64,000 bases of DNA from an uncultured Gammaproteobacteria bacterium (GTDB lineage Bacteria > Pseudomonadota > Gammaproteobacteria > SZUA-229): contig CAVYHW010000006.1 in assembly GCA_963768215.1 (NCBI GenBank), positions 426-64,425 of the forward strand, in the 5' to 3' direction. Each line of letters begins with the position of its first letter. The first letter of the stretch is position 1. Of this stretch, positions 8,716 through 17,512 are shown in pieces. The notes under the pieces were generated by a model that worked only from the letters and a program-made list of their open reading frames with translations, searched no databases and was not told where the DNA came from. Position numbers and translations under genes: made by a program.

Positions 8716-9201
8716 CTAAGGAGCAGGTGCTGGTGCTGGTGGAGCAATAATCTTCTGTAACTCACCAATATTCTGCTGCAGGCGCTGCATTGCCAGCTGG
8801 TTTCTTTGCTGTACCAGCTGTGGTAATGCAGTGATAACTTTCTGTCCTGCCGGGGTGATGTAAAAGTCATTGACTGCTTTTAATTCGTCTTCACTGAAAG
8901 TTTGCATATACATAGCGGCAAGGTCGGTTTTCAGCGCATTCCAGCCGATATATTTTGTGAAGAAGTTGCGCATTTCTGTGCTGTGTTTTGCCAGCTGCGG
9001 GTTCTGGCGTAATTGCAGCTGTAAAACTGAATCAACACTCTCATCGATTTTCTTTTCCATCTGGGTCAGTTTGAAAAGCTTTTCTACTTCCTGCAGGTGG
9101 GCCTGGTTGTTTGCGGCCAGATTGTCTGCGGCCTGTGATAGCGGAGAGATTGATAACAGAAAAAATGATGTTGCTGATATCAGGGTATTCAATGGTTTCA
9201 T
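8716..9201 (-). CDS. DUF2059-like periplasmic protein
   Basis: 161 aa with a signal peptide. C-terminal ...FSEDELKAVNDFYITPAGQKV... is typical of DUF2059 as I recall it. Confidence 0.7.
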   Translation of the reverse strand: MKPLNTLISATSFFLLSISPLSQAADNLAANNQAHLQEVEKLFKLTQMEKKIDESVDSVLQLQLRQNPQLAKHSTEMRNFFTKYIGWNALKTDLAAMYMQTFSEDELKAVNDFYITPAGQKVITALPQLVQQRNQLAMQRLQQNIGELQKIIAPPAPAPAP

Positions 9202-9220
9202 TAGTATGTCTCGTTTATAG

Positions 9221-9802
9221 TTAGTTATCTGGTTTAGTAGTTATAGTTGATTCTGTGATGAGTTTTTCAATTAATGTGATGGTTTCTTCCTGATCCCAGC
9301 CCGGGTTGCCTCGTATCCTGTAACTAACTCGTCCATCGCCATCAATCAGGAAACTGGTGGGTAATGTTTGAACGCCCCAGGCATCGAAGGTTTCACTGGA
9401 GGTGTCCAGTAATACCGGTAGATTGAAATTGATCAGCTTTACAAATTTTCTAACCCGGTATTTTTTTTCCCCGACATTGAGTGCAAGTATCTCGAATGGC
9501 TGTCCGGCAAAATGCTTTTTAAGCTTTGTCAGTTCAGGCATTTCATAAATGCAGGGTGGGCACCAGCTTGCCCAGAAGTTAACCAGTACTACTTTACCCC
9601 GGTAATCGGATAATTCATGTTGCTGGTTTTTCAGGTCAGGCAGGGTGAATTTATCTGCCCCGCTATCAGCAGACCAGGGCTGTATTTCCGCCTGGCCGGC
9701 AATGGCTTGTTGTAAACAGCATAGCAATAATACCAATGCAGCGGCCAGTCCGGTAGCGAGTTGTGTTTGCCACGGTCTGGCAGAGTTATTGAATAGAAAC
9801 AT
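9221..9802 (-). CDS. TlpA/ResA-family thiol:disulfide oxidoreductase
   Basis: 193 aa with a signal/anchor segment. Thioredoxin motif NFWASWCPPC. Confidence 0.85.
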   Translation of the reverse strand: MFLFNNSARPWQTQLATGLAAALVLLLCCLQQAIAGQAEIQPWSADSGADKFTLPDLKNQQHELSDYRGKVVLVNFWASWCPPCIYEMPELTKLKKHFAGQPFEILALNVGEKKYRVRKFVKLINFNLPVLLDTSSETFDAWGVQTLPTSFLIDGDGRVSYRIRGNPGWDQEETITLIEKLITESTITTKPDN

Positions 9803-9856
9803 TGCACTATTTTGAACGGTGCTGTAGTGATGTCAACAAAATAAATTTCTCTGGAT

Positions 9857-10158
9857 TTAACCCGGATATTTCATAGGAGCGCTGTTAAATTCACTTAACG
9901 CTATGATTATATTAAGAAATAGCAGTATGTTAGAAAAGTGCACTATGTGTCCGACAACGCTATGCAGTTTTTGCCATTACTATTTTTTGTGGATATCAGC
10001 GGCCCCATGATTAATTTATTTTGGGTACGATTCACCTGTAACCATAGCTACGGCTATGCACATAAAGTGATCATGGGGCGAATCGTACAAACTGACTCAC
10101 TGACCGATTTTATAAAATATCTCCCCATTGTCTGCATTCCTATGAAATATCCGGGTTA
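9857..10158 (+). mobile_element. MITE-like ~290-bp element, family F (copy 1)
   Basis: Perfect 18-bp TIR CCCGGATATTTCATAGGA (9861-9878) / TCCTATGAAATATCCGGG (10138-10155). Core shared with 38565-38853 and 59439-59727. Confidence 0.7.
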
Positions 10159-10204
10159 ATTCTCGACAGCTTGTTGCACGCTTGTTTATTAAAATTAGAC
10201 TCTC

Positions 10205-10442
10205 TGTCAATTTAGGCAAATGTGACAAAATTTAATCGGTTTTTAGTTATTATGTAAAGAAATATGACATGCTGACATGTGTCAGGGAGAATATGTCATG
10301 ATTTGCATTTTAGATTTGTTTATAAGTAACTGTATTTGATTACTATTTTCATAAGGTTATCGTGTGTATGACATTTTGCCCTAATCAATGTCTGTTTGTA
10401 CTGTTGCATGACAACTCTGTCATGTGTATAGTATTTATGTCA
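10205..10442. promoter_or_regulatory. array of ATGACAT/ATGTCAT (TGACA/TGTCA) motifs upstream of the sigma54 activator gene
   Basis: Ten TGACA/TGTCA pentamers in 238 nt. They include the palindromes TGACA-tg-TGTCA (10273-10284) and ATGACA-actc-TGTCAT (10408-10423). Confidence 0.4.
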
Positions 10443-10458
10443 AAGGGGGAGGTTTTCA

Positions 10459-11847
10459 GTGGACAAAAAAGTTGAAAGCAAAGCATCAATTGATCTGGAA
10501 TCACTGGTAAATAGTCACGACAGGCCCTTTGTAGTCATTGATAAGAATTATAATATCATGGCGGCAAACAGGGCTTACGAACAGTTGCATGGTGTAAAGG
10601 ACAGTAGCGCAATTGGTCAGAAGTGCTTTCAGGTCAGCCATAAAAAAGACCATCCATGCAGTGAAGAAGGTGAGGAATGTCCCCAGGAGTTTGTTTTTAA
10701 TACCGGGGAATCAAAAGTCTGTTCACATATTCATTGTGATGGCAATCATAACCTGTATCAGGTAAAAGTTTCTGCATTCCCGCTAAAAGGCCCGGGCGAC
10801 ACGATGTTTTTGGGCGAGTGTATTGAGCAGGTCGTCTCAATGAAAAATTTCGCAACCGGCACCAAGCAGATGGTTGGGGAATCACCCCAGTTCCTGGCAT
10901 GTGTTAATCAGTTGATGATTGCTTCCAGTTCAGATGCACCGGTGTTGTTGCAGGGCGAAACCGGTACCGGTAAGGAGCTGGCTGCCGAATTTGTCCATAA
11001 CCACTCATCTCGAAGTAAAAAACCTTTTCAGATTGTCGACAGCACCGTATTGACGGAAAGCCTGTTTGAGGCAGAGATGTTTGGCCACGTGGCTGGTGCT
11101 TATACAGGCAGTGCGGGCACCAAGCAGGGACTTTTTGAACTGGCTGAAGGTGGCACTATTTTTCTCGACGAGATAGGTGATATGCCGCTTTCGCAGCAGG
11201 TCAAGTTGCTGCGTGTGCTGGAATCCGGGCAGTATAGACCGGTTGGCGGGAAACGGCTTCGCAAGGCTGATGTGCGTATTATATGTGCGACCAACAGACA
11301 TTTATGGGAGTCAGTGCTTGCGGGCAAATTTCGTGAGGACCTGTATTATAGAATTGCGTGCCTGAATATTCGTCTGCCGGGTTTGCGCGAGCGTTTAGAT
11401 GATATCCCTGTGCTGGCGCAAAATTTACTTGAAGGCATTAATCGTTCCATGCATGGCAGTTATCATTTGATGCCTGATGCTTTTGATCGCCTGAAGGCAT
11501 ATCAATATCCGGGAAATGTACGTGAGCTGCGGAATGTCCTTTTCATTGCAGCAACACATAGTAACAATCGTGAAATTGATGCAGCGCTAATCGATGCAGT
11601 GATGGCTAATATGCCAAGCTGTAGTAAGTCTGCAAATAAAGAAGAGGCTCATACTGTATCAGAAATGCCATCACCTCAGGCTATTGATTCGAAGGCCGAA
11701 GAACCGCCAACGTTGAAGAACATGGAAGAGAAGCACATAAGAGATTTGCTGGAACGTTACCAGGGGAATCGTAAACTTGTTGCAGACGCGCTGGGTATTA
11801 GTGAGCGCACAATTTATCGAAAACTCAAACGCCTGGGGCTTAGCTGA
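10459..11847 (+). CDS. sigma54-dependent transcriptional activator (PAS-like Cys/His-rich sensor + AAA+ + Fis HTH)
   Basis: 462 aa. Walker A GETGTGKE. GAFTGA-loop variant GAYTGS. ...RIICATN... C-terminal ISERTIYRKLKRLGL. Confidence 0.9.
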   Translation: MDKKVESKASIDLESLVNSHDRPFVVIDKNYNIMAANRAYEQLHGVKDSSAIGQKCFQVSHKKDHPCSEEGEECPQEFVFNTGESKVCSHIHCDGNHNLYQVKVSAFPLKGPGDTMFLGECIEQVVSMKNFATGTKQMVGESPQFLACVNQLMIASSSDAPVLLQGETGTGKELAAEFVHNHSSRSKKPFQIVDSTVLTESLFEAEMFGHVAGAYTGSAGTKQGLFELAEGGTIFLDEIGDMPLSQQVKLLRVLESGQYRPVGGKRLRKADVRIICATNRHLWESVLAGKFREDLYYRIACLNIRLPGLRERLDDIPVLAQNLLEGINRSMHGSYHLMPDAFDRLKAYQYPGNVRELRNVLFIAATHSNNREIDAALIDAVMANMPSCSKSANKEEAHTVSEMPSPQAIDSKAEEPPTLKNMEEKHIRDLLERYQGNRKLVADALGISERTIYRKLKRLGLS

Positions 11848-11892
11848 GACTGTGTTCAGAATTGTAAGCGAGTCGTAAAAACAAAAAAATAT

Positions 11893-12007
11893 TTCACCAC
11901 AGAGGCACAGAGGACACAGAGGTTTTTATTGTTGTGCGCCTGCGGCGCATTAACAAACAAAAAAGTCTTTCTCTGTGTCCTCTGTGCCTCTGTGCCTCTG
12001 TGGTGAA
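11893..12007. repeat. family B palindrome (arms of CACAGAGG(A) tandem units, inner GC hairpin)
   Basis: TTCACCACAGAGGCACAGAGGACACAGAGG ... CTCTGTGTCCTCTGTGCCTCTGTGCCTCTGTGGTGAA. Inner hairpin TGCGCC-tgc-GGCGCA at 11935-11949. Confidence 0.8.
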
Positions 12008-12108
12008 TAATCTTTATAATGTTGATAAATTGATGTAGATCATTCATTTCCTGCCGTATTAATAGAAAATGTTCAATCTTTGTAACCACGGATTATTCCC
12101 GCTGATAA

Positions 12109-13047
12109 ATGAATCTTGCGCAGTATGTGAATACTTTCGGTCAGGCCATGCTTACCACTTATGGGGAGCGTGTTCATAAGATTGCCATTGACGCCGGCTT
12201 TACCTGTCCAAATCGTGATGGCAGCATCGGCCGCGGTGGTTGCACTTTCTGTAATAATGTTTCATTTAGTCCTAACGGTCGCAGACCTAAGCCGATAGCC
12301 GAACAGATTGAGTCGGGCCGGCGGGTGATTAGAAAACGCACCGGCGCCAGGAAATATATTGCTTATTTCCAGGCATATACCAATACCTACGCCGATGTCT
12401 GTGAGCTCAGCAGTTTATATGATGAAGCACTGAAACAGCCGGATGTTATCGGGCTTGATATAGGCACAAGGCCGGACTGTGTTCCGGACAAGGTGCTTGA
12501 TCTGCTGGCAGACTATCAGCAGCAGGGTTACGAAGTCTGGCTGGAGCTGGGTCTTCAGTCCGCGCATGATAAAACCCTGAAGCATGTTAACAGGGGACAC
12601 GGTTTTGCTGAATATGAACAGGCAACCTTAAAAGCGCGCAGCCGGGGTATTAAAGTGTGTACGCACCTTATCCTGGGTTTGCCGGGCGAATCGACCGAAC
12701 ACCATCTGGCCTCACTTGAGTCAGTACTCGAGCTTGGTGTTGACGGTCTCAAGTTTCATCCACTGCACGTGGTTAAAGGCACACAACTGGCCAATGAGTG
12801 GCGGCGGGGTGAATATCAGCCCTTAACCATGGAACAATATGTTTCTGATGTTGTAGAAATGGTCAGGCGTACACCTGGTAATGTCATCTTTCATCGCCTG
12901 ACAGGAACAGCGTCAGCTGATATTTTGCTGGCGCCAAAGTGGTGCTCAAAAAAATGGCAGGTGCTTAATGCTATAACCGCTGGGCTTGCTAAACAGGCAA
13001 AACTGGCTGAAACGCCGGAGATAAGCATGAAAGACATAGTTGATTGA
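12109..13047 (+). CDS. TIGR01212-type radical SAM protein (YhcC-like)
   Basis: 312 aa. FTCPNRDGSIGRGGCTFCN motif. Confidence 0.8.
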   Translation: MNLAQYVNTFGQAMLTTYGERVHKIAIDAGFTCPNRDGSIGRGGCTFCNNVSFSPNGRRPKPIAEQIESGRRVIRKRTGARKYIAYFQAYTNTYADVCELSSLYDEALKQPDVIGLDIGTRPDCVPDKVLDLLADYQQQGYEVWLELGLQSAHDKTLKHVNRGHGFAEYEQATLKARSRGIKVCTHLILGLPGESTEHHLASLESVLELGVDGLKFHPLHVVKGTQLANEWRRGEYQPLTMEQYVSDVVEMVRRTPGNVIFHRLTGTASADILLAPKWCSKKWQVLNAITAGLAKQAKLAETPEISMKDIVD

Positions 13048-13200
13048 TACCGAAAACCTGCATTTTCAATAGGATGAAGGCAACGCCAGTAAATTAAGCT
13101 TTGTAGGTGCGAATGCAACGTGCAAATGCTGCGTCCTCGAAAACCTTGCCCAAAATCCTTCTACTGTCCAACGCTATAAAATTGTAGAAAGAGGTTAGTT

Positions 13201-14196
13201 ATGGAACTTGTATGTCCAGCAGGTAATTTACCTTCACTGAAAGCGGCCGTAGATAACGGCGCCAACGCTGTTTATATGGGCTTTAAAGATGATACCAATG
13301 CGCGTCATTTTGCCGGGCTTAATTTTGATGACAGGCGCGCCACAGAAGGTATTCGTTATGCACATGATCGTGGTGTAAAGGTGTTTGTCGCGATCAATAC
13401 CTTCCCACAGCCCTCCGGCTGGTCACGCTGGCAGGCCGCGGTTGATCATGCCGCTGAGATGGGTGTTGATGCATTGATCCTGGCCGATATCGGGGTGATG
13501 GATTATGCCCGTGAACGCTGGCCTGATCTTCGCCTGCATCTGTCAGTGCAGGGTTCGGCAACCAGTGCCGAAGCGATTAATTTTTATTTTCAGAATTTTG
13601 GCATTCAGCGAGTTGTGTTGCCGCGTGTACTGTCACTCAAACAGGTAAAACAGGTTGCACAGAGCAGTCCGGTACCGATTGAAGTATTTGGTTTCGGCAG
13701 TCTTTGCGTTATGGTGGAAGGGCGCTGTTTATTGTCTTCTTATGTTACCGGTCGTTCACCCAATACTTTTGGCGCCTGCTCACCGGCCAATGCAGTGAGC
13801 TGGAATGAAACGCCCAACGGGCTTGAAACAAGGCTTAACAATATACTCATTGATCGACATGCAGAGGGTGAATCGGCAGGTTATCCAACCTTATGCAAAG
13901 GCCGTTTTAATGTTAGCGGTAATACCTATTACGCTATTGAAGAACCCACCAGTTTAAATACATTAGAATTGCTGCCCGAATTACAGTCTGTCGGTGTAGC
14001 GGCAATTAAAATTGAAGGCCGGCAGCGAAGCCCGGCTTATGTGGCGCAGGTAACAAAGGTCTGGCGAGAGGCCATTGATCTTTGTGAGAAAAGTCCTGAA
14101 GGTTATCAGGCGCAGGCAGACTGGATGGCGTCACTGGAAAAAGTTTCGGAAGGTTCGCAGACTACGCTGGGGGCTTATCATCGACCGTGGCAGTGA
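13201..14196 (+). CDS. ubiU: U32-family protein UbiU (O2-independent ubiquinone hydroxylation)
   Basis: 331 aa. MELVCPAGNLPSLKAAVDNGANAVYMGFKDDTNARHFAGLNF is close to E. coli YhbU. Four-Cys pattern C-x6-C-x16-C-x38-C. Confidence 0.8.
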   Translation: MELVCPAGNLPSLKAAVDNGANAVYMGFKDDTNARHFAGLNFDDRRATEGIRYAHDRGVKVFVAINTFPQPSGWSRWQAAVDHAAEMGVDALILADIGVMDYARERWPDLRLHLSVQGSATSAEAINFYFQNFGIQRVVLPRVLSLKQVKQVAQSSPVPIEVFGFGSLCVMVEGRCLLSSYVTGRSPNTFGACSPANAVSWNETPNGLETRLNNILIDRHAEGESAGYPTLCKGRFNVSGNTYYAIEEPTSLNTLELLPELQSVGVAAIKIEGRQRSPAYVAQVTKVWREAIDLCEKSPEGYQAQADWMASLEKVSEGSQTTLGAYHRPWQ

Positions 14197-14217
14197 GCCG
14201 GAGGCTCACTGCCACGG
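14185..14217. other. perfect 15-bp hairpin overlapping the ubiU stop codon
   Basis: CCGTGGCAGTGAGCC-gga-GGCTCACTGCCACGG. No T-run follows. Confidence 0.6.
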
Positions 14218-14218
14218 C

Positions 14219-14400
14219 AATGAAAAATGAATAATGAAAAGTGAAAAATGAACAGCAAAAATCACCATCGTCATCCTGAATGTATGTGAAGACGTTTTAT
14301 GCTTCGGAATATTAGATTTCTCCCGTTGCTCGAAATGGCATGTTTGAGAATTTTATGTTTTTAAAAATTTTTCATTTTTCATTTTTCACTTTTCATTTAC
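14219..14400. repeat. family I palindrome (arms of heptamers AATGAAA/AGTGAAA/AATGAAT)
   Basis: AATGAAAAATGAATAATGAAAAGTGAAAAATGAA ... TTCATTTTTCATTTTTCACTTTTCATTT. Confidence 0.7.
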
Positions 14401-14425
14401 AAAATTGGTATTTTTTATCGTGAGT

Positions 14426-15361
14426 ATGAATCAAACACAGCAAACGGTGTTTAAACCAAAACTATCCCTAGGCCCACTTTTGTATTACTGGCCTCGTGAT
14501 GATGTATTTAAGTTTTATGAGTCTATTGCAGAATCAGCGGTAGATATTGTTTACCTGGGTGAAACGGTGTGTTCTAAACGCCGTTTGTTGAGACCGGATG
14601 ACTGGTTACAGCTGGCAGGGTTGTTGACTGAGGCTGGCAAGGAAGTGGTGTTATCAACATTGACACTGCTTGAGGCGAATTCTGAACTGAGTTCATTGAA
14701 AAAAATCTGTGACAATGAGCTGTATATGGTTGAAGCCAATGATATGGCGGCGGTACAGATGATGTCGGGTAAAAAACCTTTTGTTACCGGCCCTGCGGTA
14801 AATATCTATAACTCCCGTACACTGGATATTCTTGCCCGCTCCGGTTTGCAACGCTGGACACTGCCGGTCGAGTTATCGAAAGAAACACTGGCCTCACTGC
14901 ATCAGAACAGACCGGCAGGTGTTGCCACAGAAGTATTTGTATTTGGCAGGCTGCCACTGGCTTATTCAGCCAGGTGTTTTACTGCACGGGCGCACAACCT
15001 GCCCAAGGATGACTGCCAGTATCGTTGTCTTGATTACCCTGACGGGCTTTTGCTGCGTACGCGGGAAGATGAATCATTTCTGGTGCTTAACGGCATCCAG
15101 ACACAGTCAGCCAGAACACAAAACCTGATCAGGGACATCGACGATTTTATAAATCTTGAAATAGAGGTACTACGCATCAGTCCGCAGTCAAAAAACACGG
15201 AACAGATTATTGCTGCTTTTCATGATTGCCTGCATGGAAAAATAACAGCCAGTGATGCAGAAAACAAACTACAGCAAACCATTTTGTCAGGTGAATGTGA
15301 TGGTTACTGGCACGGAGAAGCTGGTATGGATAAAACAGGTAAGGATAGAATGACGCTATAA
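14426..15361 (+). CDS. ubiV: U32-family protein UbiV
   Basis: The ORF-track frame starts at a TTG at 14405; ATG at 14426 is preferred. Cys pattern ...ETVCSKRR... and [19 protein letters not shown] (C-x12-C-x3-C), as in YhbV. Confidence 0.75.
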   Translation: MNQTQQTVFKPKLSLGPLLYYWPRDDVFKFYESIAESAVDIVYLGETVCSKRRLLRPDDWLQLAGLLTEAGKEVVLSTLTLLEANSELSSLKKICDNELYMVEANDMAAVQMMSGKKPFVTGPAVNIYNSRTLDILARSGLQRWTLPVELSKETLASLHQNRPAGVATEVFVFGRLPLAYSARCFTARAHNLPKDDCQYRCLDYPDGLLLRTREDESFLVLNGIQTQSARTQNLIRDIDDFINLEIEVLRISPQSKNTEQIIAAFHDCLHGKITASDAENKLQQTILSGECDGYWHGEAGMDKTGKDRMTL

Positions 15362-15381
15362 CACCTGTCATTGTGAGTAAT

Positions 15382-15472
15382 GTAGGATGCGGTGAGGTAC
15401 GAACCGCATCAATCGCGTTATTTGACTTGTGTTTTTCTCGACCGATGCGGTTCGTACCTCACCGCATCCTAC
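15382..15472. mobile_element. family C palindromic element (compact copy, no D insertion)
   Basis: GTAGGATGCGGTGAGGTACGAACCGCATC ... GATGCGGTTCGTACCTCACCGCATCCTAC. Confidence 0.7.
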
Positions 15473-15502
15473 GATAATTAAGCAAGTGCCATTCAGGTAT
15501 GG

Positions 15503-16456
15503 ATGATACAACAGAAAAACAGGCTTATGTTTATGAATACTCCATTAGTACAGACAGTTAAACAGTTTACTGAACATTATCATATGGGCAGCCCGTTCAG
15601 TCTTGATAATGAAAAGGCCTATCAGGCATGGCGGGAAAACAAGTTAGCAGATTACCCGCAAAAAGTTGAAGATCTAATCGTTGAAATAAAAACCCCGGCC
15701 TGTTTAAGCCCGGCTGAATTTGAAAGCATTCAGACATTGCTGGTGAAGACCAATATGGCTGTTTATGCGGGTAATACTGGTAACGATCCTGATAAGGAAC
15801 TGCCGACAAAACTTGGTGAACAATTCGGTCTGACTGAGCTGGACGATAATATGGGCGCTGATGATGGCGTCACATCATTAAAGGTGGTTTCAGGTCAGTG
15901 GCGTGGTGGTTATATACCATATACCGACAAACCGATTCACTGGCATACTGATGGATACTATAACGCGGCTGATCACCAGATCCGTGCCCTGCTGCTGCAC
16001 TGTGTAGCACCTGCCGCTAAAGGCGGAGAGAATGCCTTGATGGACCATGAAATTGCCTATATCCATTTACGTGACAGCAATCCGGATTATATCGAAACAC
16101 TGATGTCAAATGATGTGATGACGATCCCGGCCAATATCGTCGATGGAAAAGAGATTCGTCCGGACCGTGCTGGCCCGGTATTTTCAGTGATGCCGGACGG
16201 TAATCTGCACATGCGTTATACGGCGCGAACACGAAGTATAATCTGGAAAGATGATGTTGTTACCCGGGCCGCGGTAAAAACACTTGAAGCTTTTCTGAAA
16301 TCGGATTCACCCTATATTTACCGTGCAACCTTGCAGCCTGGCCAGGGACTGGTCAGCAATAATGTATTGCATGATCGATCAGGCTTTGAAGATGACGAAA
16401 ATGTTAAAAGGCTGTTATACAGGTTACGCTATTACCAGCGTATTGCGAATACCTGA
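15503..16456 (+). CDS. TauD/TfdA-family Fe(II)/2-oxoglutarate dioxygenase-like protein
   Basis: 317 aa. HWHTDGYY (HxD) motif. Start codon uncertain (three Met in the first 11 codons). Confidence 0.6.
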   Translation: MIQQKNRLMFMNTPLVQTVKQFTEHYHMGSPFSLDNEKAYQAWRENKLADYPQKVEDLIVEIKTPACLSPAEFESIQTLLVKTNMAVYAGNTGNDPDKELPTKLGEQFGLTELDDNMGADDGVTSLKVVSGQWRGGYIPYTDKPIHWHTDGYYNAADHQIRALLLHCVAPAAKGGENALMDHEIAYIHLRDSNPDYIETLMSNDVMTIPANIVDGKEIRPDRAGPVFSVMPDGNLHMRYTARTRSIIWKDDVVTRAAVKTLEAFLKSDSPYIYRATLQPGQGLVSNNVLHDRSGFEDDENVKRLLYRLRYYQRIANT

Positions 16457-16536
16457 AATCTTTATTCGTTGTTGGTCTATAACGCTGACAGGAGAATCCA
16501 GCCATAAGCAGCCGTTTTAGCAAATTAAGAAAACAA

Positions 16537-16645
16537 TTCACCACAGAGACACAGAGTTCACAGAGGTTTTTTATGTTAATTGCGCCTGTGGCGCATATAA
16601 CAAAAATAAAGCTTTTCTCTGTGTCCTCTGTGTCTCTGTGGTGAA
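16537..16645. repeat. family B palindrome
   Basis: TTCACCACAGAGACACAGAGTTCACAGAGG ... CTCTGTGTCCTCTGTGTCTCTGTGGTGAA. Inner hairpin TGCGCC-tgt-GGCGCA. Confidence 0.8.
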
Positions 16646-16675
16646 ACGATTTTTATTTTTTTGACTGTCAGTGCC

Positions 16676-16711
16676 ATAGAATGCGGTGAGGCACGAACCG
16701 CATCATTCGAG
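16676..16711. repeat. half copy of family C arm
   Basis: ATAGAATGCGGTGAGGCACGAACCGCATCATTCGAG. No partner arm nearby. Confidence 0.5.
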
Positions 16712-16797
16712 ATACGGTACATATTGAATAAATACAGGAATTGTATATTATTGAGGCTGTTTTATGATGTAAACATATCATTATCAGGGAGGTGAAA

Positions 16798-17361
16798 ATG
16801 TTTGAGCTAATGTTAATGCGTCATGCCAAATCAGACTGGAGCAGCTATACCGCCGATATAGACAGGCCCTTAAGCAAAAGAGGAAGACAGGATGCTGTCC
16901 GTATGGGTGTCTACCTTAATCAACAAAAACTTGTACCGGATAGAATGGTGGTATCAGCAGCGCAGCGCACACGGGAAACAGCCGGGCTGTTATTAAATAA
17001 TCTACCGGTTGCTGAAAAAAACGTAATCATTGACAGGGAGCTTTACCTTGCTGACATGGAAACCCTGTGTGAGCTCATCAAACTTTATGCCGGAGGTGAT
17101 CCACGATCATGGCAGCGATTACTGATACTGGCGCATAATCCTGGCATGGATAACATGGTGAATTATCTTGCCAGTACGCGACCATCTCTATCTGCCAGTG
17201 GTAAGTTGATGACGACCTGTGCAGTGGCCTGCTTTCATATCGATTCAACTGAAACACTGAATAAACCGGGACTGGCTGAATTAACCAAACTGATTCGGCC
17301 TAAAGAAATTACAGATGCATACCAGGTGAAAAACACTGCATTGGGATCGGAGTCAATTTAG
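16798..17361 (+). CDS. sixA: phosphohistidine phosphatase SixA-like
   Basis: MFELMLMRHAKSDW (RHG/RHA phosphatase motif). GGGAGG lies 7 nt upstream of the ATG at 16798 (the ORF track starts at a GTG at 16792). Confidence 0.7.
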   Translation: MFELMLMRHAKSDWSSYTADIDRPLSKRGRQDAVRMGVYLNQQKLVPDRMVVSAAQRTRETAGLLLNNLPVAEKNVIIDRELYLADMETLCELIKLYAGGDPRSWQRLLILAHNPGMDNMVNYLASTRPSLSASGKLMTTCAVACFHIDSTETLNKPGLAELTKLIRPKEITDAYQVKNTALGSESI

Positions 17362-17379
17362 CTCCCGGACGTTACGAAT

Positions 17380-17490
17380 ATGAGCATCAATAACAAAAAT
17401 GAAAAAGAGCCGGATGATTTTATTGAAGGCCTGCTAATATTTATTGCTTTTATTATCTTTATGACAGTGTGGATGTATTTTGCCGTTTAA
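17380..17490 (+). CDS. candidate 36-aa single-TM peptide
   Basis: MSINNKNEKEPDDFIEGLLIFIAFIIFMTVWMYFAV*. Below the ORF-track cutoff, with no clear RBS. Confidence 0.2.
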   Translation: MSINNKNEKEPDDFIEGLLIFIAFIIFMTVWMYFAV

Positions 17491-17512
17491 CAGCTGAAAT
17501 TGAATCAGTATT

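Noticed and set aside
9938-10159. 65-76-aa ORFs inside the three family F elements (9938-10159, 38609-38839, 59486-59683) with a similar core (...FWVRF.CNHSYGYAH.VI.GRI..TDSL).
   Set aside because: The shared frame simply reflects the absence of indels in the core. The 5' parts are in different frames in copy 1 versus copies 2 and 3. Substitutions between copies are mostly non-synonymous. There is no RBS, and the sequence is better explained by RNA/DNA secondary structure.
11856-12089. ORFs translating the palindromic repeats (e.g. 11856-12089 -, 21527-21736 -, 22661-23149 +, 50061-50453 +, 51664-51855 +), giving peptides like HRGTEAQRTQRK or FICVHLW.
   Set aside because: They are products of repeat arms read in frame, or are antisense to well-supported genes (proS, radA, corC).
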